A stretch of DNA of 64,000 nt from an uncultured delta proteobacterium (GTDB lineage Bacteria > Desulfobacterota > RBG-13-43-22): contig CAVQFQ010000017.1 in the NCBI GenBank assembly GCA_963711835.1, forward strand, positions 256,001 through 320,000, written 5' to 3'. The notes under the pieces are model-generated. The model did no database searches and was not told the DNA's origin. It saw nothing but the letters and a program-made list of their open reading frames with translations. Every line of letters begins with the position of its first letter. Within the stretch, counting starts at the first letter, position 1. Of this stretch, positions 14,992 to 24,127 are shown piece after piece. A program made the position numbers and the translations under genes.

Positions 14992-15011
14992 AAAATTGAA
15001 AGGAGCTTCCC

Positions 15012-15359
15012 ATGGAAAAGATGATTGCGGTCTGCGGAATTGAGTGCCACCAATGCCCGACCTTTTTGGCCACCCGAGAAAACGATGACCTCAAGAGGAA
15101 GGAGGTCGCGGAAATGTGGTCCAAGGATTTTAAGGCAGAAATCAAACCGGAAGACATCAATTGCGAAGGCTGCACCTCCGGTAAAGAGCGGCTTTTCAGC
15201 CATTGTCATGTTTGTGAAATAAGAAAATGCGGCCGGGAAAAACAGTTGCAGAACTGCGCCTACTGCGCTGACTATATCTGCTCCAAATTAAATGGATTGT
15301 TTCAAATGATCCCCCAGGGTAAAGTGGTTTTGGATGAAATTAGGAAAGGTCTGTCCTGA
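15012..15359 (+). CDS. Cys-rich small protein, DUF3795-like
   Basis: CGIECHQC...CEGC...CEIRKC...NCAYCADYIC. Confidence 0.8.
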   Translation: MEKMIAVCGIECHQCPTFLATRENDDLKRKEVAEMWSKDFKAEIKPEDINCEGCTSGKERLFSHCHVCEIRKCGREKQLQNCAYCADYICSKLNGLFQMIPQGKVVLDEIRKGLS

Positions 15360-15388
15360 TGATACCCGGCCACGAAGGGGGAAATTAT

Positions 15389-15952
15389 ATGGCATTTCGA
15401 AAGACGATCGCTTTTGAAGCCCCTGGTTTCAGTCAGGCGCTGCTTGCTGCGGCACCGGCTTTGGATCGTGCCGAGAAGATGATGCTGTACGGACAGTTCA
15501 TCGGATCTTGGGAGGGAACAGTTATTGTCCACCGCCCGGACGGTCAACGTTTCGAGAACTCCTGCGAAGTCCATTTTGGTTGGATACTCGGGGGCCGTGC
15601 CATCCAAGACGTTTGGATCGCGCCTTCCCGCCAGACGAGGGTCCCCGGAGCGGAAGACGGGATGTATGGCACCACCTTGAGAGTCTACGATCCGAAGCAG
15701 GATCAGTGGGAGATCACCTGGATCGATCCGGTCCGGCGAAACTTCAACAGAATGCTTGGTCGCCCGGTGGGGAATGAGATAATACAGGAATATCGTGATG
15801 AAACCGGGAATATCTGCCAATGGTGTTTCACGGATATTCACCCGGATTCGTTTCATTGGATCAGCCGCGAATCCAAAGACGAACGAATAACGTGGAACCT
15901 GACCGCTGAGTTTTTTCTTCATCGACGGGATGAGGATACCAGTCGGACCTGA
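15389..15952 (+). CDS. Hypothetical beta-rich protein (DUF1579-like)
   Basis: FIGSW, WILGGRAIQD, GTTLRVYDP motifs; RBS GGGGG before ATG 15389. Confidence 0.6.
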   Translation: MAFRKTIAFEAPGFSQALLAAAPALDRAEKMMLYGQFIGSWEGTVIVHRPDGQRFENSCEVHFGWILGGRAIQDVWIAPSRQTRVPGAEDGMYGTTLRVYDPKQDQWEITWIDPVRRNFNRMLGRPVGNEIIQEYRDETGNICQWCFTDIHPDSFHWISRESKDERITWNLTAEFFLHRRDEDTSRT

Positions 15953-15972
15953 CGCAGGAAGGAACTGTTGAT

Positions 15973-17142
15973 ATGGACCAGGCTTCATTCTGTCTTTTCG
16001 AGACACCGCTCGGTCCTTGGGGGATCGCCTGGAAAGAACCGGCCACAGCGCCCCGGGCGCCGGTGGTGACCTTTATCCAGCTTCCCGAAGCGACCAGGGC
16101 CCTGACCGAAAAACGTATCGCCGAAAGGTCCGGGGGGCGCAGGACGCGCTTAATACCGACCGGCATTGCCGGGATCATTGAAAGAATCCAGAAGCATCTG
16201 CAGGGGCATCTCCAGGATTTTCAGGACATCGCCGTAGATCTGAACAGCGCAGCACCTTTTTCCAAGCAGGTATACGAAGGGGCCCGAAAAATTCCGGCAG
16301 GGCGAACCGTAACCTACGGCGCTCTGGCGAAGGAGATCAATCGACCCATGGCTTCCCGAGCCGTAGGGCAGGCTTTGGGCAGGAATCCCATCCCCTTAAT
16401 CATCCCCTGCCATCGGATTCTGGCTTCAGGTAATAAAGCGGGGGGATTTTCCGCACCGGGCGGAGTAACCACCAAAGGCAGGCTGCTGTCCATCGAAGGG
16501 GTTACGCTCGGTGGCCCGATTACGATTAAATCGAAAAAAGACCTGCTCCGGGCGGCCTCGTTATTGAAAAAACAGGATCCGCGCCTGATCGATTGTCTGG
16601 ATAAGCCGATTGAATTCCATTTGCGACCGGGCCATTCTCCCTATGCCACCTTGATCGAAGCCGTGGTGCACCAGCAATTGTCGCCCAAAGCCGCAGCGAC
16701 GATCCTGGGCCGGGTGATGAATCTTTATCCGGATCAGAAAATTCCCAATCCCGCTGAGTTGCTGAAGACCAAAGATGAACTCTTAAGGAAGGAGGGCTTG
16801 TCCCAGGCGAAAATCAAAGCGGTAAAAGATATTGCCCTAAAGACAGTGGAGGGGACCGTACCTTCAGCAAAAGAGATCGTTAAGCTCGGCAATGAAGAGA
16901 TCATCAAAAGGCTCACTTCCATATATGGGGTAGGTCTCTGGACCGTAGAGATGATGCTGATCTTCAACCTGGGGCGTCAGGATGTCCTCCCAGTGGATGA
17001 TTACGCCCTTAGAAAGAGTATATCGGGAGTATTCGGCATGAAGGAAGTTCCCACGCCGAAACAAGTGGCCGCCCTGGGCGAGTTATGGCGGCCCTATCGC
17101 ACAGCGGCAGCGTTGTATCTCTGGAACAGCATCAATTCGTGA
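15973..17142 (+). CDS. Fused O6-methylguanine-DNA methyltransferase (Ogt) and AlkA-like HhH-GPD glycosylase
   Basis: RAVGQALGRNPIPLIIPCHR, then VVHQQLS and YGVGLWTVEMMLIF...LPVDD. Confidence 0.9.
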   Translation: MDQASFCLFETPLGPWGIAWKEPATAPRAPVVTFIQLPEATRALTEKRIAERSGGRRTRLIPTGIAGIIERIQKHLQGHLQDFQDIAVDLNSAAPFSKQVYEGARKIPAGRTVTYGALAKEINRPMASRAVGQALGRNPIPLIIPCHRILASGNKAGGFSAPGGVTTKGRLLSIEGVTLGGPITIKSKKDLLRAASLLKKQDPRLIDCLDKPIEFHLRPGHSPYATLIEAVVHQQLSPKAAATILGRVMNLYPDQKIPNPAELLKTKDELLRKEGLSQAKIKAVKDIALKTVEGTVPSAKEIVKLGNEEIIKRLTSIYGVGLWTVEMMLIFNLGRQDVLPVDDYALRKSISGVFGMKEVPTPKQVAALGELWRPYRTAAALYLWNSINS

Positions 17143-17191
17143 TTCCGAATCCAACGGAAAATTAATGGGGACGGTTCTCTTTATTTTCATT

Positions 17192-17311
17192 TTACTGGTG
17201 GCGATAGCGAAGGGGCCACACCCGTTCCCATCCCGAAAAGGTCAGTTAAGCCCTTCAGCGCCGATGGTACTACCTGGGCAGCTGGGTGGGAGAGTAGGAC
17301 GCTGCCGGGAA
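17192..17311 (+). rRNA. Orphan 5S rRNA copy 3 (diverged 5' part)
   Basis: Identical to copy 1 from GTTAAGCCC to the end; changed 5' end and CGAAAAGGTC in place of CGAACACGGA. Confidence 0.88.
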
Positions 17312-17318
17312 TTTTTTT

Positions 17319-17356
17319 AAGCCCGTTTTCAGTTTCGATTGAAAACGGGCTTTTTT
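17319..17356 (+). terminator. Third copy of the rrn terminator
   Basis: Same hairpin plus T run. Confidence 0.9.
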
Positions 17357-17455
17357 GTATCCCTTTCGAGAGAGGGTTAAGAGAGTCTTTGAGCCGTGAA
17401 TTTAAAAGGTTGTTTCAACCTGAGGATATTTTCCGGATGGCAAAGTGTCGAATCA

Positions 17456-17860
17456 TTACAGGAACTTTACCATTTTGAGCCCCCTCACTTTTTCAAATAA
17501 CTTCTTGTCGAAGGTGACAAAATCACATCCTAATTTTTTCGCCAATTCAATATAAGAGGCATCATACAGAGTTATCTGAAATCTTCTGGATAAGTTCAGG
17601 CCGCTTAAGAATTCATCCCAGCCCAGGCTGAAGACCTCCAAATCAAAGTTCCATAACAAGGAAAAAGCCTCGGAAGCGGTTTCGTTACCGAGGGATGTTT
17701 TCGTGGCCAGAACATTGCCTATTTCATAAAAAAACAATTCGGGAACGGCAATAACTTCCTCACCCGATATATGCCTGTCCCGATATCGGACGGCCCGATC
17801 CTCTCCTTCTTCGTCCGTGAAAATCCACTTTAGGGCTATTGAAGCGTCAAGAACGATCAT
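17456..17860 (-). CDS. vapC: VapC PIN-domain toxin
   Basis: MIVLDAS, FYEIGNVL, TLYDASYIELA, VTFDKKL; overlaps antitoxin stop. Confidence 0.9.
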   Translation of the reverse strand: MIVLDASIALKWIFTDEEGEDRAVRYRDRHISGEEVIAVPELFFYEIGNVLATKTSLGNETASEAFSLLWNFDLEVFSLGWDEFLSGLNLSRRFQITLYDASYIELAKKLGCDFVTFDKKLFEKVRGLKMVKFL

Positions 17861-18134
17861 GACCGTTCCGGATATCCCTGACCGCCTGAACAGTATCAAT
17901 GGGTCTGGTTTCCAATTGATGGTGCTTTTTCCACTCATCCATCCGTACGGATATCTTTTTAAGACGCCCTTCTCTGTTTTTTCTTAATACTTTTTCCTCG
18001 AAATCTTCAACAGAAATGATAACCGCCATGGGTTTATTCGCCCGGGAGATTACTACCGGTTCTTTCTGTTGCGAAACCTCGTTTAAAACGGTTCCCAGTT
18101 TCTTCCTCAAATCAAGGGCCGAGATGGTTTTCAT
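17847..18134 (-). CDS. Phd/YefM-family antitoxin
   Basis: MKTISALDLRKKLGTVLNEV...PVVISRANKPMAVII. Confidence 0.88.
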   Translation of the reverse strand: MKTISALDLRKKLGTVLNEVSQQKEPVVISRANKPMAVIISVEDFEEKVLRKNREGRLKKISVRMDEWKKHHQLETRPIDTVQAVRDIRNGHDRS

Positions 18135-18196
18135 CCCCCAGACCTCCGCTTAGATTTTTTATTTGAATTTTGAATAAACTTTCTTATGTAATGCTA

Positions 18197-18231
18197 TGCT
18201 ATAGCATATACTATGATAATAACTATGTCAA
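18197..18231 (-). promoter_or_regulatory. TA promoter with operator palindrome
   Basis: Minus-strand TTGACA-N17-TATGCT; ATGCTATAGCAT palindrome overlaps the -10. Confidence 0.65.
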
Positions 18232-18233
18232 TA

Positions 18234-18308
18234 TGTCTATTCCGGACCAAAGTGACCACCGATTCCGGCGGGAAACTGACCAGTAATTTCAGTGGTCCGG
18301 AATAGACA
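18234..18308. mobile_element. 75-bp miniature inverted-repeat element with IS21-like ends
   Basis: Perfect 16-bp TIR TGTCTATTCCGGACCA/TGGTCCGGAATAGACA, TG..CA ends, internal ATTCCGG...TGACCA repeat. Confidence 0.7.
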
Positions 18309-18312
18309 GGTT

Positions 18313-18465
18313 ATGGGTTTGGATCATTTTCAACTTGAAAACCGAAGTAGGGTCCTCCATCAGGCGATTGCCGAACGATTGAAAAGGGATCCGGGGCTGT
18401 TGAATGTGGCCAAAGAAACTTTACATAGGATGCTGCCGGGATTTTTTTGGCCCTATTGCGAATGA
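18313..18465 (+). pseudogene. Short truncated ORF resembling small antitoxin-like proteins
   Basis: Translated by hand: MGLDHFQLENRSRVLHQAIAERLKRDPGLLNVAKETLHRM..., running into the 5S 3' fragment; family resemblance from memory. Confidence 0.35.
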
Positions 18466-18486
18466 GCTGGGAAGGGGCCTTTTTTT
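18426..18486 (+). repeat. 3'-end fragment of 5S rRNA followed by a different terminator-like hairpin
   Basis: TAGGATGCTGCCGGGATTTTTTT versus TAGGACGCTGCCGGGAATTTTTTT; then GGCCCT..GGGGCC and a T run. Confidence 0.65.
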
Positions 18487-18588
18487 ATGACTACCCCCGG
18501 CCCTGGACAACCTGGAACTAATGATTTAACTTTATCAAATAAAGACAGGGTTAAGGTCTGAACCGTAAAAAGGAAGGAGACTCAAGGT

Positions 18589-19095
18589 ATGGCTAATGCG
18601 GAAAGTATTCAATATGCGGAAGGATTTCGACAGAAGGTAAACGAATTCAAAAAGGTCTGCCAGGGGCTGAACGAAGAAACAGCCTCCAGTGCCCCGGGGG
18701 ATCGCTGGTCGCCGAAGCAGATTATTTCCCACCTTCTGGGCCCTGAGGGGATAGGCATGTTTCCCAGTATCAAGGCCTTCCTGGATCAGGATACGCCTCG
18801 GTTGGATATGGAGGCCGAGAACCCTTTCTTTACCGAAGCACGGAAACGGATGCCCTTTGGAGAACTTTTTGCGGAGTTCGAAAAAGAATACGGTCGGATT
18901 GCCGATCTGGTGGCTGGTTTGTCTGCGGAGCAGCTCAAGCGAAAGGCCCGCATCCCCATGCTCAAGGAAACCCCCATAGGTGAATATCCCACCTTGAAGG
19001 ATTGGATCGCTGCCCTTGGAGATTACCATCTGGACTTTCATTTGGACCATCTGAAGGAAATTTTACAGGCCCTGGAAGTTACAGCCGGGAAGTAA
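18589..19095 (+). CDS. DinB/YfiT-like protein
   Basis: WSPKQIISHL and YHLDFHLDHL; RBS AAGGAG. Confidence 0.8.
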   Translation: MANAESIQYAEGFRQKVNEFKKVCQGLNEETASSAPGDRWSPKQIISHLLGPEGIGMFPSIKAFLDQDTPRLDMEAENPFFTEARKRMPFGELFAEFEKEYGRIADLVAGLSAEQLKRKARIPMLKETPIGEYPTLKDWIAALGDYHLDFHLDHLKEILQALEVTAGK

Positions 19096-19506
19096 GAAGG
19101 CCGGACAACACATCCCGATTTCAAGACCATCCCAAAGTGGGCCAAGACCCAGGTAGAGCTTAACCATCTAAATAGGTTTGAAGCCAAACATTTATTCAAA
19201 CATTAAACCAACCCTGGCCTTGCGCTTACGGGGGATAACCGGGAGTGAGCAAAGGCCGCCGAAGAAATCCCAATTAAAAACGCCTACCTAACTCCTTTAA
19301 CCTTTTATCGGTCCATCAGACCGATTCCATCCAATTTAAAAATCCCTACCTGTTGAGGGGTTGACTCGAAAATTAATCCTGTTGCAAAGTCTGCCATTCT
19401 GGTTTAAGGGTATCCGACGTCTAAGAAGACCTTGAAGCTTTAATTATAGTAAAGGGGTCTCTTTGCCGAACAAATTTAAAAAGTGATAATTCAAGGAGAT
19501 ACACAT

Positions 19507-20343
19507 ATGAATAGAAAGGTTAGCGTTTACTCGATCTTGCTGGTGGTTCTTTTCTCTTTCTGTTTGCTGCCGTTTGATGGGTGGACGGCCTGCAGCCCGG
19601 CTCCCTCCGGGATGGTTTCCTGGTGGCGGGCTGAAGGGGATGCCAGGGACTTCTGGGACGGCAACCACGGCACCCTCCAAAACGGGGTCGCTTTCGCTGC
19701 CGGGAAGGTAGGCCAAGCTTTCAGTTTTGACGGGGATAATGATACTATTTTTGTTCCCAACACCCTGAACATCGACGGGGGGGCGCAGGCTACGTACATG
19801 GCTTGGGTATACCCAAAAGCGACCCCTGCTGCTGGAAACTATTTCGGCCTTTTAGGGGTGGGAGATTCGACCCAACCGGTATGGACAACCCAACAATGCC
19901 GTCTCCTCTACTTCACGACGGACGATTCTCCTGTTGGAATGGCAAAATTTTACATGGATTGCGGAACAAACGATTCTGAACCCTCATACAAAACACGGTA
20001 TTCCGCCAATGACTATTCGATTAATCGATGGCATTCGGTTACCGGGGTTTTTAACAACGGGGCCTTGGACATCTATGTAAATGGAGTCCTCGACAATGGG
20101 ACAGAAGGTGGTTTAAGTCCGGGAACATTTATAAACACCGACGCCAACACCTATGTTTGGATGGGAGCAGAGGTTCGATTTGATCAGACTTCTTTTTTTG
20201 TTCCTTTTAATGGTCTTGTCGATGAGGCGGCTATTTATAACCGGGCTTTGACCGCCAATGAACTCTCCGCCATTTACAATGCCGGCAGCGCTGGGATCTG
20301 TGCGGTGAAGACGATCTATTTACCCCTGATCCTGAAAAATTAG
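19507..20343 (+). CDS. Secreted LamG-like jellyroll protein
   Basis: Signal peptide, GKVGQAFSFDG, WHSVTGVF..IYVNG, FNGLVDEAAIYNRALT. Confidence 0.85.
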   Translation: MNRKVSVYSILLVVLFSFCLLPFDGWTACSPAPSGMVSWWRAEGDARDFWDGNHGTLQNGVAFAAGKVGQAFSFDGDNDTIFVPNTLNIDGGAQATYMAWVYPKATPAAGNYFGLLGVGDSTQPVWTTQQCRLLYFTTDDSPVGMAKFYMDCGTNDSEPSYKTRYSANDYSINRWHSVTGVFNNGALDIYVNGVLDNGTEGGLSPGTFINTDANTYVWMGAEVRFDQTSFFVPFNGLVDEAAIYNRALTANELSAIYNAGSAGICAVKTIYLPLILKN

Positions 20344-20632
20344 TCAGATTTATTATTCCTCATTTTTCCCTTGACTCGGATCCTCAATCCATTTTAGCAT
20401 GAGGTCCTTTCATAAGGATTTCCCATTAAATCAAATTGTTATTAGAAAAAACGCAATCAATTCCATTATCACCACCGAAATAGCCAGACTTCAGGGGTGA
20501 TTGAAACCCTGATTTTTCGTTGCTTCAACGATAGATACATCCGCTGCATAAAGTGCCGGCAGCACAGTCAAGCCATTCCAAGCTTTAATTAAAATCAGAA
20601 ACCCTTTCCTGCTCGACAGCCTCGAGGTAACC

Positions 20633-21520
20633 TTGGATCTGATCAACGAAGTGTTGCAGACCATTTTATCCGGTGTATCCATTGGTTGCGTTTATGGACT
20701 GGTGGCCCTGGGATTTGTCTTAATCTTCAAGGCTACAGAGGTCATCAATTTTGCCCAGGGCGAACTCCTCATGCTCGGGGCTTTCATCAGCTACAGCCTG
20801 ATCACTTTCCTTCATTTCCCTTATTGGGCGGCCTTGCTGGCGACGATCTTCCTCATGGGCCTTTTCGGCCTGGCGCTCGAAAGGACGGTTTTGCGCTCTT
20901 TGGTCGGTGAGCCGGTCTATGCCATCGTCATCGTCACCATCGGCATCTCGTTTTTCTTAAGAAGCGTTGTCAGCATGATCCCCGGCTGGGGAACGGACAC
21001 TCACGGGTTTCAAACCCCTTTTACGGAGCAGTTTGTGCGGACCGGCCCATTGGTCATCTCCTGGGAGTATCTGTCCATCATCTTGATGACTACCGCCCTG
21101 ATCTTGATTCTCTTTTCCTTTTTTCGCTTTACCCGGATCGGCACGGCCATGCGGGCCACATCGCAAAACCAACTGGCGGCCGTTTACATGGGTATCAGCG
21201 TGACCAAGGTGTTTTCCCTCACCTGGACGATCGCCGCGGCCCTGGGCGGAATCGGGGGAATCCTGTTGTCGCCGATTACCTTTGTTCACATGAACATGGG
21301 ATTTATCGGACTTAAAGCCTTTCCGGCCGCCGTCCTGGGCGGCTTCGGCAGTCTTCCCGGGGCCATTGTCGGCGGACTCATTATCGGTATCAGCGAAAGC
21401 CTGTCCGGCTATTATTTGCCGGAAGGTTGGAAAGACGTTGCCGCCTGGATCATCCTGATCGGCGTTTTGATTGTTCGTCCCCAGGGTCTGTTCGGGATTC
21501 AGGAGAAGAAAAAGGTCTAA
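20633..21520 (+). CDS. LIV-type ABC transporter permease (LivH-like)
   Basis: YGLVALG..INFAQGE, GTAMRA, AAVLGGFGS. Confidence 0.93.
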   Translation: MDLINEVLQTILSGVSIGCVYGLVALGFVLIFKATEVINFAQGELLMLGAFISYSLITFLHFPYWAALLATIFLMGLFGLALERTVLRSLVGEPVYAIVIVTIGISFFLRSVVSMIPGWGTDTHGFQTPFTEQFVRTGPLVISWEYLSIILMTTALILILFSFFRFTRIGTAMRATSQNQLAAVYMGISVTKVFSLTWTIAAALGGIGGILLSPITFVHMNMGFIGLKAFPAAVLGGFGSLPGAIVGGLIIGISESLSGYYLPEGWKDVAAWIILIGVLIVRPQGLFGIQEKKKV

Positions 21521-21525
21521 CCCTC

Positions 21526-22599
21526 ATGCGCTTTGTCATGAAAACCCATTATGTTCAGGATATCCGGCTTTTTAAATACCGGAGCACCTTTTTCTGGTAC
21601 CTGGCCCTGGTTATCGGCTGCTTTATTCTGCCCGGGCTGTTGGATGACTATTTGATTTCCCAGTTGACTTTTATCTGCGTCTACGCCGTGGCGGCCGTAG
21701 GCCTGATGCTTCTAACCGGTTACACCGGGCAGGTCTCCATGGGTCACGCCGCCTTTTTTGCCATCGGTTCCTACGTCTCCGCCATTCTTACTTCCAAAGG
21801 GATCCCCTTTTTGCTGTCCTTGCCGGCCGCCGGCGTTTTTGCCGGGGCGGTCGGGATTATCGTCGGACGTCCCATTCTTCATCTGACCGGGCTTTACCTG
21901 GCCATTGCCACCATGGGTTTTGCTTTTATCGTGGGTGAGATTTTGGTCCGCTGGGAGAGCCTGACCAAAGGCAACATGGGTTTTTCAGTGGCTCCCCCTT
22001 CCATCGGACCCCTGGTATTCGATAGCGAAACCCGTTTTTACTACTTAGCGATCGTGGTCCTGATTCTTTCCCTCCTGGCGGCCCGAAACATTCTACGCGC
22101 CCCCAGCGGAAGGGCCATGATCGCCATCCGCGACAGCGAGGTGGCGGCCGAAAGCCTGGGTATCAACCTGGCTAAGTTTAAAACCATGGCCTTTGCCGTC
22201 AGCGCCTTTTTTACCGGCCTGGCCGGCAGTCTCTATGCCCATAAAATACTGTTTATCAATCCCGAAAGTTATACCATCATCCTCTCCATTGAGCTGCTGG
22301 CCATGGTCATCATCGGCGGGTTGGGCAGTCTCCATGGGGCGGTATTCGGGGCGGCCTTTTTTATTTTCCTTCCCCAGTCCATCATTATGACCAAGGACTA
22401 TATGCCGGTCTATCTTCAAAACCAAACCGGTCTGGAAGGGGCGCTGTTCGGATTGCTGATCATTTTGGTCATGCTCTTGGAGCCCATGGGCCTTTACGGG
22501 AGATGGCTGAAAACCCGGTTTTATTTTGAAATGTTTCCCCTCTACAAAAAAGATTCCTTTAAAAGAGAAAAGAAATACCAGAAGGCGGAAAGGCGTTAG
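21526..22599 (+). CDS. LIV-type ABC transporter permease (LivM-like)
   Basis: GYTGQVSMGHAAFF, GRAMIAIRDSE..A. Confidence 0.93.
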   Translation: MRFVMKTHYVQDIRLFKYRSTFFWYLALVIGCFILPGLLDDYLISQLTFICVYAVAAVGLMLLTGYTGQVSMGHAAFFAIGSYVSAILTSKGIPFLLSLPAAGVFAGAVGIIVGRPILHLTGLYLAIATMGFAFIVGEILVRWESLTKGNMGFSVAPPSIGPLVFDSETRFYYLAIVVLILSLLAARNILRAPSGRAMIAIRDSEVAAESLGINLAKFKTMAFAVSAFFTGLAGSLYAHKILFINPESYTIILSIELLAMVIIGGLGSLHGAVFGAAFFIFLPQSIIMTKDYMPVYLQNQTGLEGALFGLLIILVMLLEPMGLYGRWLKTRFYFEMFPLYKKDSFKREKKYQKAERR

Positions 22600-23379
22600 G
22601 TGGCTTTTTTTAAGGCTGAAAACCTATCCATTAGTTTCGGCGGGCTTCAGGCCTTGAGCCGGGTCAGTTTTGAAGTCCGCCAGGGAGAAATTTTCTCCAT
22701 CATCGGACCCAATGGCGCCGGGAAAACGACCATTTTTAATTGCATCAACCGTTTTTATGATTTGAACGAGGGCTCGTTTTCTTTAAAGGACCGCACTATT
22801 TCAAAAATCAAACCCCATACCGTAGCCGATATGGGGATCGCCCGGACCTTTCAAAACATCGAACTTTTTAAAAACATGACCGTTCTCGACAACCTGATCC
22901 TGGGCCGGCATCGCCGCCGCCGCTCCAATCTTTTTAGCGAAACCTTTTTCAGCCGGTCCGTTCAGGAACAGGAAATTGAAAGCCGTCAAAAGGCGGAAGA
23001 AATTATTGATTTTTTGGACCTGGAGGCCTATCGCCAGCAACGGGTCATCAACCTTCCCTATGGCGTCCAGAAAACCGTTGAACTGGGCCGGGCCCTGGCC
23101 ATGGACCCCATACTCCTGCTCCTCGATGAGCCTTCCTCCGGCCTGAATGTGGAAGAGACGGAAGATCTGTCTTTCTGGCTGAGCGATATCAAAGAGGCTT
23201 TGGGGATTACCATCATTTTGGTGGAGCATAACATGCGCTTTGTGCAGCAGGTGTCGGACCGGGCGCTGGCCTTGGATTTCGGCCAGGTGATCACCCAGGG
23301 ACACCCCAAAGAAGTTCTGAACCACCCGGAGGTGATGAAGGCCTACCTGGGAGAAGAAAATGTCCCTGCTCCAAGTTAG
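22600..23379 (+). CDS. ABC ATPase (LivG-like)
   Basis: GPNGAGKT, ARTFQN, LLLDEP. Confidence 0.93.
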   Translation: MAFFKAENLSISFGGLQALSRVSFEVRQGEIFSIIGPNGAGKTTIFNCINRFYDLNEGSFSLKDRTISKIKPHTVADMGIARTFQNIELFKNMTVLDNLILGRHRRRRSNLFSETFFSRSVQEQEIESRQKAEEIIDFLDLEAYRQQRVINLPYGVQKTVELGRALAMDPILLLLDEPSSGLNVEETEDLSFWLSDIKEALGITIILVEHNMRFVQQVSDRALALDFGQVITQGHPKEVLNHPEVMKAYLGEENVPAPS

Positions 23380-24127
23380 GAACATAGAGACCTACTACGG
23401 TCCGATCATGGCCATCAAAGGCGTTTCTTTCGATGTGGCCGAAGGGGCCATCGTCACCATTTTAGGCGCCAACGGCGCCGGCAAGACCACCATTCTGAAG
23501 ACCATTTCCGGCGTCATGGATCCGGAAAAAGGCAGCATCGAATTTTTAGGACAGCGCATCGATTCCCTGGCGCCGGATAAGATCGTTCGCCTGGGAATTT
23601 CTCAGGTGCCCGAAGGCCGGGAAGTTTTCCATGACTTGACGGTAAAAGAGAATCTCCTCATGGGCGCCTATCTGAGAAAGGACCGGGAAGGCATCAAAAA
23701 AGATCTCGAAACGGTCGCTGAGTATTTTCCAATCCTGAGGGAGCGCGCCGCCCAGTTGGCCGGAGACATGAGCGGCGGGCAGCAGCAAATGATCGTCATT
23801 GCCCGGGCCCTGATGGCCCGGCCCCGACTCATGCTCCTGGATGAACCTTCCCTGGGTCTTTCGCCTTTGCTGGTAAAAGAAATTTACGGCATCATTAAAC
23901 GCATCAATACCGAGCAAAAAACGACCATCCTGCTGGTCGAGCAGAATGCCCCCATGGCTCTTTCCGTGGCCAGCCATGGATTTGTGTTGGAACTGGGCCG
24001 GATCGTCATGGACGATACCTGTGCCGCCCTTTTGGCCAATGAAGATGTGAAGGAATTTTATCTGGGCATCAAAGAGGAAAGCATCCGGGGGGCACGACGG
24101 TGGAAGCGGAAGAAAAAATGGCGCTAA
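23360..24127 (+). CDS. ABC ATPase (LivF-like)
   Basis: GANGAGKT, VPEGR, MSGGQQQM, DEPSLGL. Confidence 0.93.
   Translation: MSLLQVRNIETYYGPIMAIKGVSFDVAEGAIVTILGANGAGKTTILKTISGVMDPEKGSIEFLGQRIDSLAPDKIVRLGISQVPEGREVFHDLTVKENLLMGAYLRKDREGIKKDLETVAEYFPILRERAAQLAGDMSGGQQQMIVIARALMARPRLMLLDEPSLGLSPLLVKEIYGIIKRINTEQKTTILLVEQNAPMALSVASHGFVLELGRIVMDDTCAALLANEDVKEFYLGIKEESIRGARRWKRKKKWR

Noticed and set aside
8960-19100. Classical integron, prophage or ICE
   Set aside because: No integrase, phage or conjugation genes and no recognisable attC sites
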